From positions 95,480,001 to 95,544,000 of the forward strand of contig NC_042999.1 of the NCBI RefSeq assembly GCF_006345805.1: a DNA stretch of 64,000 nucleotides, in the 5' to 3' direction. A model generated the notes under the pieces. It was not told where the DNA came from and ran no database searches. It saw only the letters and a list, made by a program, of their open reading frames with translations. The stretch comes from Octopus sinensis. Its lineage: Eukaryota. Positions 24,451 through 38,329 of this stretch are shown here, piece by piece. The translations under genes and the position numbers were made by a program. Every line of letters starts with the position of its first letter. The stretch's first letter is position 1.

Positions 24451-26699
24451 AATATCTGAGCATTTAATGTAATACTTGAGTACATAACCTAATTTTATTT
24501 TTATTGAAAAGTATTGTTCCTACTGTAGATGTTACATGCTTTAATTGTTTTGTAATATGGCTGAGATTTTCTTTGGTATCAAATCTTTATAAAATATCAG
24601 GTTTAACATCCAATGTAACCCCTTTGTGACTTGTTTGAGTACTACTGCTTCCATTTTCACTTTGATGGTCTCTTTCCAGCCACTTGAATAAGTGAATATG
24701 CACATCACCTCACATTTTAAAGTTAAATTCATCTGTAGCTGTGATGGTTAAGAAATTTACACCAAAAAGTAGAACACTGCAATCTGAGGAATTCATAAAA
24801 TGTATGACAAAATGAGAGGGATAGAGAAGTAGAGAAGTAGGAGGATGTACTGCTTGATTAAAGTTAGTAGCAACACTCAGGTCAATTAAGCACACAAACA
24901 AGGTGAAGCAATGCTGAGGAGAATATGGGTAGATGCTAGCAAGTATGCTGTGATCAGTGAAGAAATATTTCCTTTGAATAAGTGCATGCACAAACAAGCA
25001 GGTACAGAGGAGGGAAAGCATAAGTACTAGTATGGTTTATAAAACAAACAAAAAATGTATCCTGATTTTCGTTTTTAAGATTGTTAAAATTTGCCTGATT
25101 CAATAATTGTGTAATTGCAGACTGTATCCTTAATTTAATGGCCACTTTTAAAATTTCCTTAAGTGCAGAATACCATAACCTGAGTTTCCATAATGTAGAC
25201 AGATGTTTCTATTACAATAGCCTTGCTTTTTGAAGACTGTTAAAGATTGCAAATGCCTCTTAAGAAACTTAACTTGTACATTCCCAACCAGTCTCCTTCC
25301 ATAGACTGTATTCAGTATTTTTGACCAGTACATCAATTATGAAATTATATACACTTGCTTTACAAAAAAACTAAGGATGTATTGTAGACAAATCATGATA
25401 AAGAAAATTAAGCAGTGCTTTATCTTGTCCAATACTCACAGAAACTGCTAAATAAGTAGAACTGACCGAAACACACTAAATACTTTAATTAGTGTATTAA
25501 AAATCCCAACATTCCTAATTTTCATGTCTTTATCGTTTCCCATTACATACCTAGAAGACTACTCATCTTTAGCTGGCACTTTTTTTACTCTTCCAATGCA
25601 CTTGTTTTTCATTTCTATACTATCACATTCTGATTTCAGAATCATATTATGTATACATCGTATTGAGAAAGACTTCTATTGCTTCCTTAAAGCTCTTTTC
25701 TGTGTAGTCTTTTCAAAAAATTTATTCAGTTAGCAAATACTTTTTACTATCAGTAATGAGATTGTTTGTAATAGAAAAATATTTTGTTTTAATTCTCTAA
25801 AATTGAACTTGCATCAATGAAAATGAGTGGTCATTTGTCTCAAAGACTTACTATAACTCAACAAAAAATATTCTATCTTATATAGGTCATTATACTTTAA
25901 TAACTGTTATGATCAATGTAATAATGTTGAGTTTTCTCAAATGACCAATGTTAGCTATAAAGACTAGGTCAAGAATACTAAAAGTGTCTCTTGGAGAATT
26001 GTAGATTTGAATGAAGAAACCAATTCTGTCATATTAAGGATAGTAAATGTTCTAGTTTCTATACATTGCTGTTTACTGTATTAGGTGTGAAAATCTAGAC
26101 ATATCAAGAATAATAATATTTGATTATGTTCTAAGAAGCTTCAGTAAATATTTCCTGTTTTAATTTGTTGCTTCTGCCAGATTTGATAGATAGATAATAA
26201 TTATTTTGGAATAAGCACAAAAATTACATATTTAAAGTAACTAAAATTTAAGAAGTGCAAGAATGTTGCTGTATCAAAAAACCATTACAATAATTTTAAG
26301 GACACTTAAATAACAAAATATACAACCTTAAGCAGAATATAAAATTACCACTCATGGTACTGAATTCTGATTGTCAATTTAATCAGTATGATCCTCAAAA
26401 ATAACAATATTAATAAATTACCAAAAGGTTGTTGTAAAGAAAAAAAGTTGATGTGTATAATTAGAATGTCTTTAGTATCTTATAGCACATATTTTTATCC
26501 CATGGGGAGGTAAACAGCCAAGCAACTCTTAACTCTAGTGAGGTCGCAGACCATAAGCCATAAAGCATTTGTCTGCCTTGCTATAATCATAACCATCCCC
26601 ATCATCAGAGTATGTTGATTTGGGGTAGATGTCTTCTAATACTCATTCATATGCTTACAAAAAGTGCATGGGAAATGTAAAGTAAGTTTTTTTTAACAA

Positions 26700-27300
26700 A
26701 GAACTGAAACCAGCTATACACTGAGGTTGATTGACACCCAACTGGATAATGACTGTTTCTAAACTAGCATGCTTACATTTGTCATCTGTGAGCAGCACAT
26801 GCCATACTGAATCAAAAGTAGATGATTTTGGATTTCACCCATTGTCATGCTGCCTCAGCACCAGCCATTACCTTAAGCATACCATCCTTAATGATATTGT
26901 CAGATAGGGGTTAAACAAAGTCCGTAATCTATCACAATTTAATCTGGTAGGATTGGACAACAAAAGCCCAGGCAGTATTATAATCTTACCATTCTAAGGA
27001 AGTAAGTTTCTAATCATGAATATGATCTGAAGTGATATTTCTTCAGCAGTAAACTGGTAAACTTGACACCAAACCCAGGCTTTGCTATCTAACAGGTGGA
27101 GGATAACATGTCAACAAAATATCTGCTGTTCTCTGAAAGGTTTCTGTGAGAACAAATAGCAGTAAAACTCTTGTATCTGTAGTCTCCAGACTATTTTTCT
27201 ACGCAACTTGATTGGGATAGAGAATGCTGTAAATTTGAATGTGCTTTGTTGGATGGAATGGATCTTTCAGCATATTTCTTTCTTGCTAATCTTTGATGTA
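26700..27300 (+). mobile_element. Degraded non-LTR retrotransposon C-terminus with restriction-like endonuclease (CRE-like)
   Basis: Broken reading DDFGFHPLSCC...KHTILNDIVR...VGLDNKSPGSIIILPF...EDNMSTKY...IAVKL resembles a CCHC knuckle plus PD-D RLE domain. Confidence 0.55.
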
Positions 27301-29383
27301 ATGCATCTCCCATTTTATCAGTTGGGACTATAAAAAATTACATGACTGGCTGCAGTATATCTGTCAATCAAAGCTGCTTCAACAGACAACACTATGGATG
27401 GGCGATGTACAAGAGCTGTATCACAATGTGTCAGCTTATCTATCTCAAAAAAAAAGAAAAAGAAAAAAGGCATAGTTAGTTTTCTGAAAATGTACTGGTG
27501 CATAAGGACATCATACAGAAGTAACTCAGTAGGAGTTAAGAATTAAATATGCAGTTGGATTAATTGAGATAAGAATTATTTTAATCTCCAGCCCTTGTTT
27601 GTGTTAAAATTTCACCTGCATTCACCTTGCTTTTAATGAAAAGAATTCATCAGATCTTTGATATAAGTGGTAAAATTATAAACTCTCATTCAAAGTAATC
27701 ACAATTCCAAAGTACCTGTCTCTAATTATTGTCAAATTAAAAACACTTAAAAAAAATAAACCAGTACTAGTATGACTAAGAAAAACATCTATGTACATGC
27801 TCACAGATATAGATATATGTGTGGAAATACAATATAAAACCTTGAGATTTTTGCAACAATACCCAAGCATGCTACATGAACTAAAATATACAAATATGCA
27901 CATACATTTTGCATGAGAACTTGTGATCAAAAATATGATTAGTGGTATTGTGAAATGAATTGTGTTGAGACGAAAATGGTTGATAATTATATCAATGATG
28001 ATGTTCATTGATTAATGAAATGTTATCTAGAAATATGTTAACAGGCTTTGCAAGTACCTCTTGTCTATATTTAATTTTAAATTATTTTCCTCTAGATCAA
28101 CTTCCTTCAAATGTTGAAATTAAGATAATTACTTAAACTAATTAAATTCTCCACTGAAGATACAGAAAATTTAAAACTTCAAACAACCTTTAAAACTAAT
28201 ATTGATATTAGATTAAAACTGTTGAGCCGTTATATATGCCAATTACAAATACTGAGCAAGCTAATGCTCTTTATAAGAATTTTTTATCCTGAGAATAATA
28301 TATATTTTTTGTTAATGCTTCTGCAATTTAAAAGTATGAATATTGTAGTTTGTCAGGTTAGATTAACTCTCTAGAGTATGATGTTGAAATGTTATACAAA
28401 ACTGGGTGCAGATATGGCATGGTTATACAGTTAAGAAGTTGCTTAGCTATCAGATAGTTCTGAGATGGATGCCACAGCATAGTACTTTGATTGAGTTTTC
28501 TTCCTATGCTTCAGTATGACTAGTGCTTTGTAAATGGAATTTAGTTGGTAGAAATTGCACAGAAACTCTGTGTCTTTTGCTTACATAGCTTTTATCCTTC
28601 ACTTGTTTCCGTCATTAGACTGTGGCCATGCTGGGGCACATCTTGAAGAATTTTTAGTCAAAGGAATTGACCCCAGAATTTATTTTTATAAGTCTGATAC
28701 TTATTCTATTGGGTCTTTTTTGCTTTTTCTGAACTGCCAAGTTATGGGGACATAAGCACACCAGCACTAGTTGTTAAGCAGTGGGTTGGGAGTTGAAACA
28801 CAGACACAAAGACACATGTACATTATATGTAGTTAGGAAGCAAGCTTCTTACACACAGCCATGCCTATATATTGATGGAGTATAATACTGTGTATGTTAT
28901 TTTTTCTGCCCAAGTTGCACATATGCTTCCTTGTTGTACTCACCATGAGAAATTTGTAACCAAATGTGATTTCAAATGTAAAGTATGCAACTTTTCATGT
29001 AAATACTTTCTTACTCCTGTTCTCATTTGCCTGTCTTTCTATTTCTATTAATTGTCCTCACCTCTGGTCTACCTCATCCTGATAAAAAAATTGGTGTTTA
29101 TGATTCTGATATCTCTCTCTCTCTCTCTCTCTCTGAGCACTACTTGGTGATAGTATCATGTTAACCTAACATTTTATCACCCATTATGTGTGTGTGTATA
29201 CACATAGACCAGTATGTATGTAGGTATGTATATATTGTTGAAATATATGTTTGATATAATAATAAAATAATGTGGTTTCATGCAACAAATTCATCATATG
29301 AATACCCCCTTTTTAGGTAAATAAACTGAATGTCTAGCTTGAAGTTGAGTAAGATGTATGCTTGTTGTAGATGCCTGTATATG

Positions 29384-29722
29384 GTGGTGACCCCCTTCAG
29401 TCAGACACTGACCATGGGTTTGCACCTAGAGAGTTACCCTCTGAGGCACAAGTCTGGGCAAGGTTGTTTTATTGGAAGACCAGCAGTCGCCCATGCATAC
29501 CGGTCTCCCCTCTCCACATCACCGATGTTGTCCAAGGGAAAGGCAAAGGGGCCGATACAGCTTGGCACCTGTGACGTCGCAACTCATTTCTACAGCTGAG
29601 TGAACTGGAGCAACGTGAAATAAAGTGTCTTGCTCAAGAACACAACACGCAGCCCGGTCCGGGATTCGAGCTCACAACCTCACGATCGTAAGCTCAACAC
29701 TCTAACCACTGAGCCACGCGCT
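29384..29722 (-). mobile_element. Full-length tRNA-derived SINE
   Basis: Minus head GCGCGTGGCTCAGTGGTTAGAG...GAGCTCGAATCCCGG (A and B boxes), core TGTGTTCTTGAGCAAGACACTT, and a 14-bp TSD GATGCCTGTRTATG. Confidence 0.9.
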
Positions 29723-30635
29723 GATGCCTGTGTATGAGGAGTTTAATATCTGGTTAACTATTACTCTTCAGTTAGCAATGTGACCTACAATCTCAACTAG
29801 AATTAAAACTATAACAAAAGTTTAAAAATGACTGAGAATTCTGATATTTGCTTAAATAGTCAATTAGCTTCTTATTGCTATATAACAAATGAAAAATTTG
29901 TTAAGTATATAGTACTCACACTCTTTGCCTATGCTGCATATTTATAGTAACAAAAGTTAATATAACAATTTCACACCCATTAACATTTGTGATAGCTTTA
30001 TTTATATCTATTGATTTTCAGTGTGACAAAATATTGCTTATATCAAGAAATATTTGTCTTGTAAGCAATTAGTCACTTACTTTAGCATTTGTCAATAATA
30101 TTGATACATCAATCATAATGTTATTAATGTTCCCTATAATCAGATTAGTAAAGTAAGTGATTAACTCTTCTCTTATCACCGAAAGCTTCCAAATTATTAT
30201 TATAATGCTTTAGGGTTCTCTGGAGTTTTTTATATATTATTTTCCTCTCATCTAAATCAGCATTCATGCATCTACATTATTTGTTAACTGTTAAGACATT
30301 ATGTAATGAAATTTGCTTAACAGTCCACATAAAACCAACAATATGGCACAATGTGACTACTTCTGCAAGAAACAACATACTAAGGAATAAGTATACATCT
30401 GAGGATTTTTCAAAACATAAGTTTCAATGTAATGCAGTGTGTACATATACCATTTCATATACTCGACTTTAAATTATTATTTTATCATGGGTAGTATATA
30501 TGGCCATAACTAACAATATAGTTTATTAAAAACTATTTAATATGAAATGAACAAACATTTCTTGCATGTATGTGTGTAGTATGAATGTCTCTATGTATAT
30601 ATGTTTGTGTATTTGTATGTGTAGGTATATATATA

Positions 30636-30670
<35 letters not shown>

Positions 30671-30679
30671 ATATATATA

Positions 30680-30720
<41 letters not shown>

Positions 30721-32640
30721 TATAAACCCACATACATAATGTGTACATTATCTTCATTGTTTAGTCAGGAGGAAAGGCAGCACCCATGATCCTTTACTGA
30801 GCCTCAGATATTGCTAAGAGGAAGTAGGAAAGGATGCTTGCAACAGAGTGGACTCTACTAAAGCACTTAAGTAATAGGCGGTGATGTTAAACTGAAGAAT
30901 GGATTAAGTGTGCAACACAAGCCGGCCACTGCAGGAAGATCAGGCATTGGAAGAAATACCTCAAGGCATCCTGTCCAATGCTCTAATAATTCTGGCAGTC
31001 TACTTTTGTAAATTGTTCCTTTATTTAGAAACCTTAGAAGGACAAAAGGCTTAGTTGACATTAGCAGAATTTGAACTTAGAATGCAAGAAGTTGGAACAA
31101 CTTTTTATCCAATGCTCCAACTACTTTGTCATATTAAAGGAAAGACTTCTTAAGTTACTTACATATTTTCTCTCAACTCCTGAATTCAAATATCTACATT
31201 AAACTGAATACAAATCAGCCCTTTTGGTACTCTAACAAAAGCCATGTAAATTTCAGAATGGGCTGTAATGGTAATATTTACTTGAAAACATTCATCCTTA
31301 GTCATTTTAACTCTGCTTATTATTTGTGTTTTCTAATCTTAATTAAATTTACAAGTGTTCACTATTACATTATTGCATTCCTCCTAGAGGTATTTCATTT
31401 CTATTTGAGATTTTTCTGTTGTGTTAATACTATTAGAGTTACATAAATGTACACTAGAATGTATTTGCAAAATGTCATATGTGTATGCCTGAGAATTATT
31501 ATACCAACATTTCTTATAATGAAATTTAGTTATAATTTAGATGAAAACTAAAAATAAAAAGCAATAGTTAAACCCCCCCCCCCCCCCACACACACACACT
31601 AGTAAAAAAAGCAAACTGTTTCTTGGAACAGTTGCAGTGTCAAAAGTAAATAAAATGCATAACTGAAATTATTGCATCATCAACAATAAATAATTATATC
31701 CAAGTAGTTTTGTAGTTATTGCTGCCACATGCTTTCATCTCTAATTTGCTATATTAATTAGCCACCACTTTCATTATATTCTTAAACTACTTCATTGACT
31801 GCTTCAGTATTGCTTGAAGATATCAGTTTGTAGTTTAATGCATTGGTAAAAAGACGTTATTTATCTGACATGTTTTAATGCGTATATAATTATAAGTTCT
31901 ACCATTATTTTCATATAACTTCCCTCACATAAATTTATACCAAGGCATGTTTGCTGATGCGATTGAGTGCATAAGGATGTTATTGGCATTTTAATGCTAA
32001 CTTATAAAGATCAAATATTGATGCATTAACATACAACAGATAAAAAGCAATAGAACTACTAATTCAAATAAAAATTCTTCAGACCAATCTCATAATGAAC
32101 AAATATAAATTTATCAAATTAAGTCTTATTTAATCATGATAAGTTTGAATAGAAATAAAATTACATTTTATATATTCTAATGTCATCTTTCATGTATTTT
32201 TTATGGCATCTTCCTATCTAAGTTTTTTTGTTAATATTTTTGTGGGGAACATTTGTTTATTCTTACATCTAATTGTTATTGATTCAGAATTAATTTTTTA
32301 TGCATGTTATTTTCTGCTTTATTCTATCTCTTTTTAAATTTCTTTGTGAGAGCTACTTGTTTGTAATTGCTACTTATTTTGATTATTTCCTTCTTACTTT
32401 TTTTACTGAATAAACCCTAAAAGGTATAGGAGGATATATTAATATTTGAAATGACAACATTACCGGCATCTAACACTTATTCATACACTGAGAGTAAATA
32501 CTTCAGCAGCTAATATTAACCTGCTTTTGATTTTTATCATCTTGATTTCAAATCTATTTTAATGCCTAATTTTTATAAATAACTAAATGCTTTGTTTATT
32601 TCTCTTACATTCCATTTCAAAAGTTACAAGACTTCTTTAA

Positions 32641-32856
32641 CCATTTTATTACCAACTTGGCTGAAACCAACTCTGGCTCTGAGTACAAATGTCGTCTTCG
32701 TAAATTTTGAATCAAAACCTTCCACCAAACCTTAGTCACCATTTATGTTCCTAACACTAGCTAAATGATAACTAAGTTATTTTACTAAATTCTTTGTCAT
32801 ATTTAAAGTAATTGAAAGAAACACAGCATCTCAAAATAAATACAGTAATGAAAGGG
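32641..32856. mobile_element. piggyBac-type MITE (related inverted copy at about 38953-39190)
   Basis: TTAA|CCATTTTATTAC ... GTAATGAAAGGG|TTAA. Confidence 0.75.
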
Positions 32857-33150
32857 TTAAATTATAAGTTATAGGGTTAGCTTGAAGAGGGAGAATGCCC
32901 CAAACCAGGTGAGATGGTATGAGGGTGGTTGATGTGAGAGTGAAGTAGATCCAGCCACCCCTCATTAATGGGGACAAACCTACATTTAAAAAATTGGAAT
33001 TCATCATCATCATCAGCTCCTCATTTATTCAAGACTAAATTATTTATAAAATAACAGTATCTTCCAACAAGACTTGTCTTTATAACTTCCCCTTTCAAGA
33101 GAGTATAATTTTCTACTTCATATTATTTGCATGTAAACAATCTCCATGCA

Positions 33151-33394
33151 TATTCTGTTGTGTCTGGGGAGAGAGTCATTCTCTTTTGGTACCATATAAT
33201 TTAACTCACTCACTGGTTGCTAGACACAACGAAAAATTTTAGAAAAATTGAATAAAGAAATAAGTGGAAATTTTACCAGTGAATGTGTTAAATTATAAAA
33301 CACCAAAAAGAGAATGACTCACCCCAGGCACAACAGAATATGCTTCAACACACGAACCCATATAAAGAATCTTGCAAACCAAATCCCAAAGTGA
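33151..33394. mobile_element. Inverted-repeat (inverted pLTR-type) insertion with 12-bp TSD
   Basis: Arms at about 33149-33217 and 33276-33343. AATCTCCATGCA at 33139-33150 and 33395-33406. Confidence 0.7.
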
Positions 33395-33739
33395 AATCTC
33401 CATGCAATATATGTTTATATATTTCAAGTGTACATATTACTTGTAAAACATTGATGCATTTCATAGGCACATGCAAACTGTAGGTTTTAAAGGCTTCAAA
33501 GTGATCAAAGCTAACTGAAAGAGAGAAAAATCAAATAAATTTGTATTCTGCTTCAGCTGCTCTTTGCTTTACACTTTCTCTATACAATGCTTTGCTTTTC
33601 CTTTGTCTAATACTTCTACTTTGATAGCTTTTATATTTAAAAATAAATATTTTAGATTCTTCTAATATAAATGTTTCACCTTATTAGTCTGTTTTCAATT
33701 CCAACTCTACTGATTTGATCCACATTAGGGGAAATGTAT

Positions 33740-34130
33740 TTTATCTTAAGGCATAGTTAAAACTGCAGCTTAAGGAAGACAAAATTTGTGCTTCCCTTGC
33801 TCCTCAATGATCAAAAGCAGTCATGACTGAATGCCTGTCATGAACTGAAAGAACAGCTGGAAGTTAATCCAGACCATTTTTCGAAGGTGATGAAAGCTGG
33901 TGTTATGGAGTTTGTAGATGTAGGTGAAGAAGCAAACAACAGAGGCATTAAAAAGCATCACTTTGCAAGAGTTCCAGCACTGCTTCAAAACAGTGGAAAA
34001 CACATCTGGACCAATGAATTGCTTCAAATGGAGAATACTTTAATAAAAGTGGCAATAAAAGTGTAAACATGTAAATCTAAGTGAATAAAATATTGCAAAA
34101 TTCCAGTTTCTTTTGGGTACCCCCTCGTAT
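33740..34130 (+). mobile_element. mariner 3' fragment
   Basis: EFQHCF..WK..W...IASNGEYF-like C-terminus, with a TIR ending ggtaccccctcg|TA. Confidence 0.65.
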
Positions 34131-34144
34131 ATTCTATATTGTTT

Positions 34145-34363
34145 TCATTTAAAAACACCATGCAGTTCTTCTGGATAAGGCTGTAATTGAAGTGGCATGA
34201 CTTTCCCATTCTTGTAGCAGTTCAGAGGTTCACTTATAAATCTAAGAGCTTCACAGTGATTACAGAGAATATTCATGTCACCAATGTTGTAACTTTCAAC
34301 CATATGTTTACAGGGTGTTTTGACATGTTCTCTCATTTTCATTTTATATTTTATCTTGAACAC
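34145..34363 (-). pseudogene. Helitron Rep/helicase N-terminal Cys-rich fragment
   Basis: IGDMNILCNHCEALRFISEPLNCYKNGKV matches the Helitron GxMxxxCxxCxAxxFxxE...CCxxGKV motif. Confidence 0.7.
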
Positions 34364-35595
34364 ATTCCATTATCTGTTGTAAATACTCAATACTTTTTGA
34401 TTATTTATTTTCCCTTCTGTATGCTAATGCTCTCATGCTTGTTCTAGTAATTTGACCCTCCACTTCTCTTTACATTGTTGCCTATGCTGTCTCATTTTTT
34501 CTCTTGTTAGCTTACATCATTTGTCATCCATATTTTATGAACAAGCTTCAATTTTCAAATGAGCAGACTATAGATAATTGCACTTACGTGCATGCATTAA
34601 ATGATAAGCAACATAACAAATTTAAGTTCAATCTTTAAAAATTACACTTTTCACTATCCACTCACTATTGCCACCATCATCACCACTACCACCATAGTTT
34701 TCAGTAGCTAAGTTTAGTCTAAGATTATTTCATTTTGTTCAGTTGTTTATTTCCATCTACTTTTCTTGCTATCAATACAATGTTTGAATGACAAATTTAA
34801 AAAAAAAATATTGTCCATGGTTATTTTACTAAGATGTTTTACTACCGTTGAAAACATCTATCTTTCTGTCTATGATAAGTTTATTATCATATTCAATGTA
34901 AGCTTTCCTCCTGTCCATCTATTGATGTAATTGTCAATATGGATAGCTAGATAAATAAATTGACAGATAAATAATATTAAAAATTCTTATTAAAATGATA
35001 TATAGGTACAGTGACCTCCCCTGACAGTAGCTGCCTAAATAGCTCACCACTAGGTGGCACATGTACCTTTAAGGTTCAAGCACTCAGTCCTTTCTTTTTG
35101 TCATTATGACAGTAGTGTGTGTGGACATGACCTTGTTAGCTCTTGTTCAACTCACGCAACAGCTAACAAACATTGAGCAGATATGAGGTAGAATACACAG
35201 AAGATGAACATCACCTTCACTTGTAAACGCTTCCTATGATTATTTAACTTGTATACATTTGTGACCTGGTGTAAAAGCATTTAAAAGTTACAGTTTGGGT
35301 CTATGAATTCATTGTACAGTGTTCCTTCATCAAATGACATCTATTCCAGCCTTCTGAATGAAGTCGTCATTAGATGGTTTCACCAGGTGAGACAGAGCAA
35401 CATCTGGTTCTCCCTGTAGAAGAAGAATGGTCCCTACACATTAGTGAAACTTGATGAGTCAGTGCCTTAATAGCCTGTAAAGTTTCGGAGGATTGTGTGT
35501 CATCTGGAGCAGAAGAAGAAGTGCAAACTCATGAGGAAGACAAAGAAGCAACTGCAAGAATGTTATCTGTGGATGATAGTGTGCCAGAAAATTCC

Positions 35596-35652
35596 AGTCA
35601 CTGGATCTGGCTTCATCAAAATGTAATTTTGATGAAGCCAGATCCAGTGACT
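35596..35652. repeat. Perfect 27-bp inverted repeat with 3-nt loop
   Basis: AGTCACTGGATCTGGCTTCATCAAAAT gta ATTTTGATGAAGCCAGATCCAGTGACT. Confidence 0.95.
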
Positions 35653-35786
35653 ATTTCTTGTTCTGATATGTACTAGATATCTTATTAAATTTCAACTAAA
35701 ATTCTGATAGTGCAAAATTTCCCAGATGGCAGAATCAGGTATTCCACAGACAGTGAAAACTCAACTTTTTAACCAGAAGTTATTTA

Positions 35787-36456
35787 GAAAATTACTATTT
35801 TTAAATCTCACTATGAGAGATATTCAGCAACAGTACTTTGGAGTAAAGATTGCTTGCCAACATAACATGACAGTACTGGTTTAGGATGAATGTTGCTGTA
35901 ATTTAGCCCCAGGAGACATCATCTCCAGCTGGCTATACAACATGATCTGTGTCCATATATTTTTGAACAAGGGAATCTAGCATCCCCACTCAGCTCAAAA
36001 CAATATCTGTGTATCATGATTTCTGGGTTATTTCTCTTCATCCTGGGGCTAAATTGCACCAACATTCATCCTAAACCAGGACTACCATGTTATGTTGGCA
36101 AACAATCTTTACTCCAAAATATTGTTGCTGAATATCTCTCATTGTGAGATTTAGAAATAGTAATTTTCTAATTTATAGATCAGTGACCAGTTGTCACTTT
36201 GAAAACTATATATTTCGAACAGAAATTTGGCAGCGCCATCTCTAGTTGAACAATTATTCTCTAGCTGAACAATTATTGCATTTCACAGATATTGTTTTGA
36301 GCTGAGTGAGGGTGTTAGATTCTATTGTTTGAAAATATAAGGACACAGATCATGTTGTATAGCCAGCTGGAGATGATGTCTCCTGGGGCTAAGTTACAGC
36401 AACATTTGTCCTAAACCAGGACTGCCATGTTATGTTGGCAAACAATCTTTACTCCA
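35787..36456. repeat. Fold-back element with three related arms
   Basis: About 35787-36011 is reverse-complemented in part at about 36043-36170 and again at about 36283-36456. Confidence 0.8.
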
Positions 36457-38329
36457 GAAATTATTTATTACAATGTCTAGAGATTATTTATTTCAATGCT
36501 TACAATATTTTCTCAATTATGTTCACATCAATAATCTCACTTTTAGCATATAATTTAATTCCAAACTTTTGGGCAAATATTACATTTTGACGAATCAAGA
36601 GCTGTTCACCAATATCAATAGCCATCAATAGCACCAAAAAGAAATTTCTGCTTAACTGTTTCAAAGAATAATTGTGCTAATACTATTGGTTTGGAACATA
36701 ACTTGGCAAAAATGTCCTTCTAGTTACAACAATGTTTATTAGTAGCAGTACATTCTTTACAAATATGTAAGGTCCACACTAAAAACAGGTTTTTGTCAAA
36801 ATTGAAGTTGATTTCCCCCATAGAAGTAACATAGGGATTATTATCTTTAATAGGAATACTGTCCATAACATCCTTTGAACTGTACAAAGCAAGATCCTGC
36901 AATATATAAGCTTTTCTAGCTTTGTGACAAGGCAAATCATCTTTTGATCTGTTTCTCTGTTTAGTCCTTGGCAAAATGCATCCCTGAAGGCTCCTGATAT
37001 ATGGAATTTACAAGATTTTGATATTGTAAATTTCCTAAGAGATCTGACAAAGTTTTTGATAGGTGGTCCAAGCTGTTGTTTCAATGAATATAGTCTTATT
37101 TGTTCACTGTTTGATGTTAGTAAATTTAGATGCAATATAATTTTTGCCCTTTGTATGTAAATGACATCTTCAGCCTCTCCTTTTGTAATTTAAGGTCATT
37201 CCATTTCAATGAAGTAACTAGCTGTTCTGTCTCCCAGACTTGACCAAAATAAATCTATTTTATTGTTCTCATTTGGTTTCATAAGATACCTTTCAAACTG
37301 AATAATAAATCAAAGGATTCTGCAGAATTATCCTTTAACATAAGAGGTTTGAATCTTATTGATCACATAGCTGATTATACATTAACTTGTGAAATATGAA
37401 AATTATTGTAATCCATAATTTCAAGGAGTTAATGTCAACTTATAGGTAGACTACACTTCAGAAGCTGCCAACTAATGACATTATTTCACTTTTTTTTTAT
37501 TTTGTAAGATTTGAATATACATGTACATGCGTTTCCTGTGATCTGAACTAATAGTACTGATAATAATTCACATAATAATATAAGACAATTATAGAATATC
37601 CAATACTACAAATTATCACACTAAATGACACAGCTGTGACCTTTCTCATTTACCTTTCAAAGAGTGTTAACTACTTAAAAAGAGCATATAAATTGTGTCT
37701 TTCTCAATTGATAAATACGTAAATAAATCTCACTACTTAAATATTGAGAGCATTATGTAATTAAGGAATGTTTTATTAGCATGCTGTCCTGAGTTCAGGA
37801 CAACAAAAGCCTGATCTGGTAAGAGAAAGTCACTTCACTATTCAATCTCAAAGTCCAAAGGATTCAGTCTGCTTTGTCATTCCATCTTGCCTCAGATTAT
37901 GATTGTGATCTGTGTGATGGCTGCAACTGCTCCACAACAGTTCATTTTCTATTCCAGTTGGTTAATCTTTTTACTTTAGTTTGAAAAAATTCATATCAAT
38001 CTGATAATGATGAAATATAAAATTCAGTTACCATATTAATCAGTTTTTCGCTACTTTCAAACTGTTGTTAGATTACATCAATTAGTTGAGAAACACAAAA
38101 CAAGCTACATTACAATCATTGATCTAAATCCATTTGGACAATTATTTACATTACAACTTTGTGTGTGTGTGTGTATGACTGTACAAATATGGAATTAACT
38201 TTGTATTCACATGTGTTTGGATTCTATCCCAGTGTGACACTTGTGTCTTCTACTATAGTGTTTGGCTGACCATTACCATGAGAGAGAAATTGATGGGCAG
38301 AAACTGTATGGAAGCCTACTATATGTGTG

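Noticed and set aside
29650-29722. tRNA gene
   Set aside because: It is the tRNA-derived head of a SINE, with body and TSD; no complete cloverleaf.
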